Positions 1-10,714 of a DNA stretch of 48,382 nt are shown piece after piece. How positions within the stretch are numbered: position 1 is the stretch's first letter; each line of letters starts with the position of its first letter. The translations under genes and the position numbers were made by a program. Origin of the DNA: Perkinsus olseni (Eukaryota); NCBI GenBank assembly GCA_013115125.1, contig JABANN010000240.1, forward strand, positions 1-48,382, read 5' to 3'. The notes beneath the pieces are model-generated. The model made no database searches. It saw nothing but the letters and a program-made list of their open reading frames with translations, and had not been told where the DNA came from.

Positions 1-744
1 GCTACCGTCGTGAGGTCCTGTCGACCTTTCTGACGCTAGCGCGGTACCGCGCCTTGCCCCATCTCGGAGACCACAGGTTTTATACGACATTTCTACTGAC
101 GATCATGATCTGCGGTCCGTATTACCGTATGGACGACTAGCCTGAGGTCAATTGATAAGACTGATGGCGACGCCTGGCAGCTTTCCAATGCTACGCGAGT
201 GGTACATGAGTGGGTGATACCGTAAGAAGCCATCATCACCACTGCTCCCTTGCTTCACGCATTTTTTGGGTCCGATGCAACAGAGTCCGCGTGTTCATTA
301 GATCTCCCCTGATTTTCAAAAACGCTCGCAGAATCGCATTACACATAAAATCCAATCCTGGGAGCGCTCCTGACATTCAGGAGGAATCTATTGGACACTC
401 CCAGTGCTTTTCGCCATTACAGTTCGTATCATCCTCACTATACCACCCCTGTTGCATTGGTCTCCATGTTCCTCTTACGAGTTCACTCGCCGATATGGTT
501 CGACATTGTAACGCCGGAATCTATTCTGGGTTTTGCTGTGAAGATTGTAGCCGATACCGCAACTTTCGCGCTTTTTCGCGAATCGGGCTGACCCAGTTCC
601 CGGCTGCTGTGACCTTGCCGACTGAGATTATTGTGTTCAAGACAGGCCTATGCTCGGTATATCTTCCAGTGCATCAACCCCGAAAGCCTGTGGTAGCAAC
701 GTACGCTACAGGCTGGGTGATACTAGACGTGAGAATAGTGCTGA

Positions 745-3374
745 GTGCCTTCGAAATGTCTTTCGAACTGCGGTAGGAGCATTCTCCTATCCGATGAGGA
801 TCGCTGCTCTACAGTTACTCTTGTCATGTCCCTTTACTCCTCACTATCTCTAACAGGAGCCCAATTACTTACGGGCATTGTGGGTGCCTTTACCATTGCC
901 GTTGGTGCTATACCCTTGATGGTGCCGATCGATCAGTCCAAGCGGGAGATACTCATCTACACGGTAAGTATATCCTCCACCACCACTACTGCTGTGAAAC
1001 ACTATTTTTCTCAGATGCAAGGACCAGTATGGGCCCTGTTCTCAACCCATCTCATCTTCCAAGCGACAGCCTCCCACTGTTTGCGTTCTCTCTTCGGGAC
1101 ATGGTTTGCAAGCGCCGTTGGCTGCTTGTATTACCTCATAGTGCAGGCCATGTGCGGAGGAACAATCGAGAACTACCAACGAGAAGCGGCCATCGCCTTC
1201 GCTATTCCCTTTACTTTTGTCATCGCGCTCTGCCATCGGTCTTCGGCCTGCAAGCTCCGTAAGGTCATCGGCTTCGAGGCGGCGGCCAGTAGTTTTTTCA
1301 CCCCTGTTGCCTTGTTCTTGGGCAAGCCATACGAGGAAGCTCTGTGGAACTCGATTTTCGAAAGTTACGGTATTATCGTGTCTTTGGTTACTATAGCGTT
1401 GCTTAACCTATTCGGATTGCTGCCACAGGCTGGCACGTCGCCACTCAGAGATTTCGATCTCGCCACGAGTGATTTCTTCGACGTCCTCTGCATGAGTATG
1501 ATGTCGGGTAACAGGCATGCTTCGACCTTAGATGCCGCCCAGAGTCGGTTCGAGAAGGCTCTCAATCGTGCCAGTGCGTCTTCCAGGTCGGCTAGGGTGC
1601 GCAGTAGGCTCTGGCGGATGGCCAGCTTCCTGTACTCGCTGCGGAAGTCTGTTGCTGAGGGCGTCTATCCTGAACTCATTTTCGACAAGTTGTGGAAGCC
1701 TACGGCCGCGGACCTCCTAGAGCTCCGATCTGAGATCAGGGCTGCACTGCTGAGCGAAGATGGACATGACACCCGCGAGGCCATTGGCGTGAGGGAGGAG
1801 GCAGCGTCGTTCAAGGCCAGCTTGAGGGGTGCCTCGGTGACGGCTAGGCAGGCCATGCGTGAGCATAACGGTATCATATCAACAGAAGAGATGGCAAGGT
1901 TCAACTTTGCAGAGGAGGCTGTGCTGCACTTCGCCTACATCATAGCGGATTACACCGCCGCCCGGAACGAAGAGATGGCTCCTGGCAAACTCGATAAGGT
2001 GAGCTGTCTTTGACTGTCGTTGAAGCATTCTCCTTGTGTTCTTGTCAGGGATGTCGCCAGTTCAAGGTGGTGCGTTGGTGCAACGACTTGACCGAGTTTT
2101 GCGTCAACTGGTGGCAGGAGCCCTTCTTCGAGTCCAATGGGATGACTCTGTGGGAGAAGCTCATCTACCCTGCTAAGATCACCCTCACCGGTACCCTTAC
2201 GTCGATCGTCCTTCTCCTCTGGGGCCGAGTCTATCCGTATATGATGAGCCACGTCTTCTGGGGCTTCATCGCGGCATTGTTCTGCATGCTGCCCAATACT
2301 GGTGCCACCTTCAATAAGGTACTGAGGAGGATAGGCGGGACACTTTGCGCACTCGTAGCCGCTGTTGTGTGCATCTTCGCCAACCCCTTCAATAAAGCAG
2401 CCTTCTTCGTCGAACTACTCATCGTTGCCTTCTTCGGGAAGGTGGGTTCAACCTTCCACGTTGTTGGCTACGGTGGACCAGTGTTCGTTCTAACTTGGAT
2501 TATAGTAGCCTTCCAGCCATCAGTATCGGTGCCGCAGCCGGAAGAAGATACCCTTTGGGGTGTGGGTTGGCGTATGGCTCTCACTCTAGTCGGCGTGGGG
2601 ATGACGTCGGTCCTGTCCTGTGTGGTCTTCCCCGTCTTTGCTAGCGTCCAGCTGGATACAGTCTCAGAGGAGACGTTGAAGGAGCAGGCGAAGCGTGTTA
2701 CTGATGCTGTGAGGCAGCTGATACGGTTAAGTGATGGTGACAGCAAGTCGTCTATCGTGGACGAACGGGAAGAACTCGGGGAGTTGTTGTCACGCACGTC
2801 CAACACCCGAGCTGCTCTGAAGGAGGACGCCTTCGCTGAGGTAGTTGTATTCGGGCAGTGGGTGATGTCTGGTAAGGAGAAGAGGATTCTACAGGCTCAG
2901 AAAAGTCTCGATTCTCTGGCAAAGTCCACAGTATGTGCTTATGGTGCGTGCATCACCTGTACTTTCGAGATCGGTCAGCCTGCTACTACGGAACTCCTCG
3001 CAGCTACATCCCCTCATTTGGAAGCTCTTGCAACGGCCTTGGAACGTTCCATCGCTCAGCTGGAGATTTGCCTTGAGGGCGGTGAGGACGGCGAAGCCAT
3101 TATGTTGGACGACGAAGTCCATCTGCAGATGATGCGCTGTAAGGACAGCTTCAATGAGAGGAGGGAAATGTTGGTATCAAAATTTAAAGAGGGTTCAGAT
3201 CGCTTTAATGAAGTCGTTGACTCTGGTGGATCTATCCTCTATCACGCCCTCTATGCTCTCTATCTTTTCACTGAGGAATGGAACGCCCTCGAGATCTTCC
3301 TAGCCGGCAGGAAGCACGCAGTCAGCTATCCCCTAGAGCCTGCGGCTCAGCTCGATTCCATCAGCAGGGGTTAG
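745..3374 (+). CDS. ALMT/FUSC (aromatic acid exporter)-like multi-pass membrane transporter; spliced; true start probably further upstream
   Basis: ORFs 745-2013 and 2010-3374 join in frame across GT-AG intron 1999-2048. An in-frame 51-nt intron probably lies at 964-1014. Motifs 'WGFIAALFCMLPNTGATFNKVLRRIGGTLCA' and 'WRMALTLVGVGMTSVLSCVVFPVFAS' are typical of ALMT/FUSC_2 TM modules and are followed by a helical soluble domain. Confidence 0.7.
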
Positions 3375-3684
3375 TCGTATTAGACAGGGTCCTTCGTTCA
3401 GGGTTCATAATCGCGTTTGCGCTCATCTTAACTTAGTGACGTTCTACCATTCAGTTTTCTCTGTTGTGTTGAATATCCAGTCGGGACTCGTCGTCATGTC
3501 GCCCATTTTCTACGTTTTTTCTCTCAACATGTCATGTTTCCTGCGTATGATGATGCTCCAAGTTGGGGTGGGGTATGTCTAGGTTTCACTCAACTCCGTT
3601 AGTTCGTCTGAATCCTTCGCTGGTCCCCACGGATATGGATTTTATCTCTTCAGCATTCTAAGGGCCTTTGTTGTTATTTCTCCC

Positions 3685-4709
3685 ATGTCATCTGATTTAG
3701 ATCTGTGGAAAGGTCTCGCCATCGCGATCAACGTCATCGTATGTTTTATTGGTATCATCCTATCAAGGTGGATATCTCGTACTAAGATGTATGAAATTAG
3801 TTGTGCCTTGGTGGCTGGAGTGCTGCTCGCCACTGGACTTGTCCATCTCTTGTCGGACTCTGCTGAGAGCTTGGCTGATTTAACCGAGTCCATGAACGGT
3901 TACCCTTTCCCCTATACGCTTTGTGGTATAATGTTCATAGTACTATTGATAATTGAACAATCAGTTGACGCCTATCAAGTTAAACGGAAGGATCAGTCAC
4001 CAAAACTTGTCAAAAACGATACTAACATCAACTCTGATATCGAAGGCCCGTCATCCTCCCAACTCTCATCAACCTCATCCCAGCTAACTTCGGCAGATGA
4101 TGATGCCAAAGATATGCACTCACATGATGTTAATATGTCCGAAGCTTCTGCAATATTCATTTTCCTGGCTCTTTCGGTGCATTCCATATTCGAAGGCCTT
4201 TCACTGGGTGCGAGTGACAATGCATCCCAGATCGCCTCCACTCTCATCGCCATTGCAGTGCACAAAGGCCTGGCTGCATATGCATTGGGAGCATCTTTCA
4301 TGGAGGCCAAGGTCTCCAAGTGGCGAATGATCGTCTTCAGCGTCATTTTCGCGTTCATGACTCCGGCTGGCATTGCCATTGGTTGGGGTCTCGAATCGGC
4401 CGAGAGCGATACAGGTAGTAAGGCTGCGGGAGCCCCTGCATGTCTCGTGTCATCAGCTCTTGGGGAACTTGTGACTTTTTTCAGAGGTATTAAGCGGTGT
4501 CTGTAGTGCCTTAGCAGCTGGCACGTTCCTTTATGTCGGCGCCCTTGAGTTCGTTCCAATGTCATTCAAGCCTGGTTCCTCATATATCATCTGGAAGGTA
4601 CTAGCGGGGACCTGAGAGGTGCAACTTGTGGGTAAACTGTTGTCTTCTTCAGTTCATCGCGGTACTTGTTGGCTATGGTGCAATGAGTGCCTTGGCTATT
4701 TGGACGTGA
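3685..4709 (+). CDS. ZIP (Zrt/Irt-like) zinc/iron transporter, 3 exons
   Basis: Motifs 'AGVLLATGLVHLL', 'ALSVHSIFEGLSLG' and 'AIAVHKGLAAYALG'. Introns 4415-4484 and ~4598-4652 restore 'ALAAGTFLYVGALEFVP...GYGAMSALAIWT*'. Confidence 0.93.
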
Positions 4710-6120
4710 TTACTATCAGTTCATTTGCCGTGACGGTGTCATGGTGATGCTGATGCTGTTTGATTGAGTTTCTACCTCCAGCGAACTTGGTGAAATACTA
4801 CAACTCTGATAACCACTCGAGTATTTTTCCTCTGGTGGTAATGCTTTTGGTTGTGCCTGTTTGCTTCACTATTTAACCCGAAATAGCTCATCCTTTGGTC
4901 TATTGTTCTTGTACGCTTCTCTTCTTACTCTTCCGCCAAACACCCATCCAATGTTGAGTTGTCAGTTCTCGCTGGCGAGGCCTCAGCCAGCGAGCCAATA
5001 GACCTCGGAAGGACTCAAACGAAGAGCCTCAGATCTTCGACTAGATGGAAGGTTTTTGACGAACCGGTCTATCCTCGCATGCTCCTGTGGAAAAGACACC
5101 CGGCGAATACTCCGCGGGTGCCGTTCCCCGCTTTATCACTCAAGTGGGTATGATATGTACTATCGTCAAGGAGACGTCCTCTGTTGGTTCCCGAGTGCTT
5201 TTTCGAAGCTTTAATGAGAATTCTGCACACACGTGACAGCGGACGACGCCATGGACGGGATGATTCATTGTTGGTGGTATCACAATCGATGACATCCATT
5301 CTCGCAACGAATGGACAGTCCACAAGTAATGATCCCAAGGCGCAGAGGCTGGGACTGGTGGTAGCATTGATAACAGCGATGCTGTTATCGCGATGTTATG
5401 TGATAACAGCGATAACAGCGGAGGCGATAATGTTGACCAGTGGGATCACTGCCTTACCAGCTTCCTGCAGGAGAACTTGCATGCCTGTTATCTTCCGTAG
5501 CACTTAAGGATGGTACTCCACCCTTGCCACTGCGTCAGTCTGGCGTCATCGGCTCTCGTCTACTCGTCGAGCGAAGCTTGCGTGAAGTTAACCAGCCTAC
5601 CTCCCGTCTGGTGGAAGAGGGTGGGTTGAATCGTTAAGAAGTCTCGGACCGCTGGCAATCGCGGTATTTGGACTCGAGAGTTACGCAGGAGTTAGATGGA
5701 TCGAAAACGGTTATGCATGTCCGGCGAGCGAGATATTGGGATCTTTGCCAGTGCCGGTAGACTGCCACACTGCAGAGATTGACTTGTGTACAACCTCTCG
5801 CTCGGTCATTTCGCTCTCGTCAACAGCGCTTGTCACCACTTCCGGGAAATTTAAATCAGAGAAAAAAGCATTCTCGGAGTTACGTCGACAGCGGAAACCT
5901 GCACCGCAAGGTTCCTCACGTTAAAGGTTGAATGTATGATTCTCACGAAGAGTGCGAGCTCACTGACTCTGCACAACAAAAGATTGGCGCGTCATTGAGA
6001 CATTATGTAAGCCCACTGCTTCTGGGAAAACAACTCTATGGTTATAAATCCATGTAATAAGGATGAGCGCAACCCCTGGCGCAGTAAAAAGTCTTCAATG
6101 AGAGGTCTTCAATCACTCGT

Positions 6121-7220
6121 CTACAACAACCACTTTTTGAAGAAGTTAATAAGCTCAGCCATGGCCTGAAAGGGTGATGACATCGATCGTCCGTATGGCA
6201 TAGAACAGACTCTGTCGCTGATTTCCTTCTGGTCGGGCTGCGTCCAGTCGCCCCTGCCAGCCATAAATCCGTGGAAGGTCTCTTTATATTTAGATACCGT
6301 AACATTCTTCACTCCCGCCTCGCGGACACCTGATACCACCTCTACGCAGTTATTCTCAAACTCAGAAACTGACCTTCCTCAAAATCAGCGAGATTGTCGT
6401 CCTTAGTTTCCAGATAGAGAGCGGGCAGTTTAGCCTGAGGTCCATCAGCTCGGAGAAAGGCTCAAAGGGATTCTTACATTCATTCCGTCCTCCTTGGTAA
6501 GAAAGCTCGGGTGAGGGCCAGCGTGAGCGCGTAATTCCGGCGGGTTGGTCCCCATGAGAACCCCGACTTTAGCACCCCAACAGTGACCAATAGTGCCAAG
6601 CTTCTTGACTCCCCGATCCTTGATCATGTACTTGGCCACGGCTCCTGAGAAAGCTCTAGCACAAGTACAGCCCAGAGGGATACTCACTAGCAGGCTCGAC
6701 ATGGTTAGTAGGGGCAGCAGCACCACCCAGCCATTCACCGATCTCCTTCTGTAGCTGAGGGAGCGTGATAAGAGGGCGGGCGCTCATGGAACACTCACAG
6801 CGGGTGTGTTGGGAGGGTACTTCTCCGCTGGCCAAGGCTTGCCATGGAAGAAGTCTGGCGCGACCACGAGAGCACCATCGAGGCCTGAGGGTGGTGGGGA
6901 ACTGGTATTCACTTCCTACTGCCTTGCTACCCTCAGACAAACGATCGGCCTCCTCACAGGTATTACTATGCATACCAAAAATGTCGTAGATGGCGAGGAT
7001 CTGAGGACCATGACATCGCGTGAGAGGGAGTAGAAGGTTAGGTCCTCACGCCAACACCGTTGTTACCACTTCCCACAGTGTAACACTTGAGTCCAGCAAC
7101 GGTGGCCTACAATGCGCACCACGGAAGCAATGGTGACAGTGCGAAGGGGCTTACGAAGCTGCCTTTAGGCTGGTAACCAGACCCCGGGGCCTGGGTCTTA
7201 TCAGTAGGGCAGCAGGACAT
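6121..7220 (-). CDS. Dienelactone hydrolase family protein, multi-exon
   Basis: Spliced reading MSCCPTDK...YQPKG, 'ILAIYDIFG', nucleophile 'GHCWG', 'GPHPS', 'TFHGFMAGRGD', ending 'INFFKKWLL*'. Confidence 0.9.
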
Positions 7221-7395
7221 GATAGCGCTTGTTGAACGAGTGTATCGGCAACCGTAACGGAGCTTGGATACTCGGATGAGATACCCCGCCCGTATCGAGT
7301 AACCCCCCATTTTTCGGCTTAAGAGTGAATTTTGATGAGACCACAGGCAACACGTGATTGATGCCGCACCTCGACAGGAGAACCCTCTAGCTGTT

Positions 7396-7396
<1 letters not shown>

Positions 7397-7441
<45 letters not shown>
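7397..7441. repeat. (CAG)15 microsatellite
   Basis: Perfect trinucleotide run upstream of the dienelactone hydrolase. Confidence 0.97.
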
Positions 7442-7442
<1 letters not shown>

Positions 7443-7906
7443 TACAGAGTGTCGGTAAAAGTAGTGCACAGAATCCTAGGCCTAGTGACGTCGAAGGATT
7501 TTATCTGCTGCAGAAGTTCGAAACTTTCACGCAGTCGAGTGTAGGTATCCCTAAGTTCAGAGCAAATGATTGGTGCCTCCTATAAGGTCTCAGGACCCTC
7601 GCAGCTGGCCCTTGAGTCAAGGGAAAACTGCGTGGTCTCGCCTCACAGCGAGAGGCCATAACAGCATCACCGAGCCGACCGAAATGAACCACGGCCTGTC
7701 AATTACTGCCTGAGTGCCGGGACCCCTGCTAAAGGGGGGAGAGGTGAAAGAATCACGACAGTACGGCATACAGCGAGGCAGCAATAACGATTATCCCTGA
7801 TGACTCGGCACTTAACGCAATGTGTGATGTGCATTCGAAACTCCTTGGCTGGTGACGCTGAAGGGCACAAGTAAAGTTGATGATGATGATGCTGTAAGGA
7901 ACGCAT

Positions 7907-8257
7907 TTATACAGTAACGCCAGGGAAGCACTGGTCAAAGGTCTGCTTGGGGTGCTTACTGAACAACAGGAAGACCAGGTCAGTCGGAGTGGGTCTCTGA
8001 GTGGATAATTACCTCTCGGCATGAGAAGGGAGAAGCTTCTTCTGAGTACACATGAACGTTTGCCTGCAGACACTGCACATAAGGGTCTGGGACTGAAAAG
8101 AAAGAGGACATTCCACCAAAGTCGAAGGATCTCCTGCAAAGCCTACAGCGGCATTGTTCTTCAACTGAGACTCTCCACCCTTGCCAGAGTGCTTTGCCTG
8201 CCTTTTTGCGTTGTCAATGCGCTTACGCTGAGCTTCACAAGCGTTAGTTCTTCCCAT
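7907..8257 (-). CDS. Small C2H2 zinc-finger protein, ZNF706/At2g23090 (4F5 + zinc finger) family, copy 1; 3 exons
   Basis: MGRTNACEAQRKRIDNAKRQAKHSGKGGESQLKNNAA / QTLMCSVCRQTFMCTQKKLLPSHAE / KHPKQTFDQCFPGVTV*, with CxxC...H...KHP...CFP pattern. Confidence 0.85.
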
Positions 8258-9050
8258 ACTGAGTTCGGAGGTCAAGAGAGACTTTAAACTGACAGCAATG
8301 ACGTTAAAACCCTGTGACGAGGAAAGGTAAGATGAAGTATCGTAGCTTGACCACTGTGAGTGGCACAAATCACACAGGGACCTCAGCGTGGCCCAGACAG
8401 GAGAGGACAAAACACTATAAAGTGCTGTCTAAGGCGATCTCAATCCCCCCAAGGGGAACTACTCTATGAAGGGAGTGCTTGTAGGGAAGAAACATGGGGA
8501 GAGCTTCCTTTTTCACAGGCTAAGGGTGAGCGATGTGAGCGATTGAGCACGCGCGAAAAAGTTCGGTTTATGAGCGATTGAACGCGTGCGAAAACGCTGA
8601 GCGGTAGTACGAGACTGTAACCCTCCGTATCGGTAGTGAGAACAGGCGGGATCATACCTCGCGGCGGCGCCTCCATGCAGAGACTGATGCTTTAACAATG
8701 AAGGGAAGGATGAATGTGTAGAAGTATGTAGGTAACACGGATTATTCATCCGGGATGAACATGCAAAACATGAGCAGGCAGTATCCTGCTCAACCCACCC
8801 GCAGCGGTGATGCTGCATGAAGATCATGCGTTACGCCAATGGGAGTCAATAAGCGGCATCCGAGCAATAAGAATATCTGACAGATGCACCGCCCTCTTTA
8901 AGGCCTACTGAGCTCCTATAACGATAGATTCTGCCACTGATGATTAAGATGATCAACGCTAGGCTCCTCTGCCCCCGCCGCTGTCTTATCTCGTTATAAG
9001 TAAGGTAACCCGTCCCCGATTCGGCAGTGTGACTTTCTTGTCCTTTCCCT

Positions 9051-9851
9051 ATGACCGTGACTACCGGGCTCCAACGTTCAGTTCTCACTACAGCTCTCCT
9101 GACTGTGGGCGTCCTCAGCAGTGCTAGGAGCCCTAATGATCGCTCCCCGGTTGGGTCGAACGAGATCACTGTTGGTACTTACCGCACCACTAGTGCCAAC
9201 TGTTCCGTGGGTGATGATGCTGACAAAACGCTTTTCCTTACGATTAAGAGCTCGAATGGTGCCCTGAAGGGACAGATTGGCACTTCTCCCGACTACTGCA
9301 GCTCCGGTGTGTGTGAAGCACTTCCCCTTACGTGGAAGCCTCCCAGCCAGAAGTCTCCGATCAAGTTCGGCGATTTGGGGCCGATCACGACCAACGCGTG
9401 CCTTGGCTTCCAATTAGATGAGTCCGACAGAACATTTTTATTGAATCTTCAAGCAGTTTTATTCGTTGGGGCCAACCTCCAGGATCTCATCTTCTGCAAA
9501 ACTCGAAATGGGTGGATAGTCGCACAAGAAGACGAGAATAAGCGTTTTCCGAAAGCCTGCTTCATGTCGGCGATTCCTGAAACAATCAAAAGCACTCACG
9601 TTGCGGTAGTCCCGCAACCCAATAGTGGCAAGAACGTCCGAGAGACGAAGAAGCAACTGCAGCAGAGCGCACCTCAAAGGCCGCTTGTACTGGCTGAGGC
9701 CCTCAAGAGGCGTACACCCATGCCAACCGACGTGTTGTGGGAGCCGCCAACAAAAAAGAAGGCCCAGACTAAAAGTATCCTACAGCAAGCGTTCGAGATG
9801 GCGGTGTTGGATCCTCAGCCAGAGGATGTCATAGATCTCACCTATTTCTGA
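9051..9851 (+). CDS. Intronless hypothetical secreted protein, 266 aa
   Basis: ATG-to-TGA ORF with a signal-peptide-like N-terminus (VLTTALLTVGVLSSA), a Cys-containing middle domain and a basic/low-complexity tail. Confidence 0.75.
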   Translation: MTVTTGLQRSVLTTALLTVGVLSSARSPNDRSPVGSNEITVGTYRTTSANCSVGDDADKTLFLTIKSSNGALKGQIGTSPDYCSSGVCEALPLTWKPPSQKSPIKFGDLGPITTNACLGFQLDESDRTFLLNLQAVLFVGANLQDLIFCKTRNGWIVAQEDENKRFPKACFMSAIPETIKSTHVAVVPQPNSGKNVRETKKQLQQSAPQRPLVLAEALKRRTPMPTDVLWEPPTKKKAQTKSILQQAFEMAVLDPQPEDVIDLTYF

Positions 9852-10356
9852 GGAGTTCCCCGGGGACGTGTCAACACGTGATCAACACCCGAGCTCCACC
9901 TCATGTAAGTCGCTGACGGAGATATGCTCTTGTTGTTGTTATGAATCCGTGCAGATTGAACCACATCTTGTTGGTCCACGTTACGCTCCCTGCTATGCTA
10001 GGATGTCCCTTTATTCATCAATTGATCATGTATATCGTACTTGTGCTCCGAGGTGTCTGCCCAATTTACTGCGTTTAGTTCAGTACCAGATGCATAGTAA
10101 TGTCACGAGACCTCGGTGAGACTCATCAGAACACCTCTTTGGGGCCCGGAGACGGCACGATGGAGGCGATAGTGCGGACCATTGGCATGGGCATTTGTTG
10201 AACGAATCATGTTCGAGTGCTACAGCTGACCTTTAACCCGGTTAGCAGCTCGTCGCACCCACACCCCCAAAGAACTCAAGTGACAACCTGTTATATACTA
10301 CAGCTTATGTAGGAACCCATTCTATCTCTGCTGCCGAGGGAGTAGGAGTAACGCAT

Positions 10357-10714
10357 TTAGACGGAGACGCCAGGGAAGCACTGGTCGAAGGTCTGCTTGG
10401 GGTGTTTACTGAACAGGAACGGAGGTGTCAATCCGAAGCCTCAGATGCTAGGGATGATTACCTCTCGGCATGGGCAGGGAGAAGCTTCTTCTGAGTACAC
10501 ATGAATGTCTGTCTGCAGATGCTGCACATAAGGGTCTGGGACTGAAAAGGGGGAAGAGAACAAAATATACGATGGAACGTTGAAGGCCCGTTCCTAGTGT
10601 TACGGCCGCGATGTTCTTCAACTGAGACTCTCCGCCCTTCCCAGAGTGCTTGGCCTGTCTTTTTGCGGCATCGAGACGTTTGCGCTGAGCTTCAGAAGCG
10701 TTGGTTCTTCCCAT
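10357..10714 (-). CDS. Small C2H2 zinc-finger protein, ZNF706/At2g23090 family, copy 2; 3 exons
   Basis: MGRTNASEAQRKRLDAAKRQAKHSGKGGESQLKNIAA / QTLMCSICRQTFMCTQKKLLPAHAE / KHPKQTFDQCFPGVSV*. Intron positions match copy 1 but intron sequences have diverged. Confidence 0.85.

Noticed and set aside
4710-6120. Short ORFs in the convergent intergenic gap
   Set aside because: No coherent exon chain, motif or transposase/RT signature.
7107-7469. Poly-Ala and poly-Cys ORFs here and at 19575-19904
   Set aside because: They are translations of CAG/CTG microsatellites in non-coding sequence.
7797-7845. CTGATGA...CGAAAC resembling a hammerhead ribozyme core
   Set aside because: Stem II would close with a C-C mismatch, and I found no matching stem I/III with an NUH cleavage site.
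9060-10595. Peptide TGLQRS in both the secreted protein and the read-through intron of zinc-finger copy 2
   Set aside because: A six-residue match, with one copy inside an intron and no extension of similarity; coincidence.
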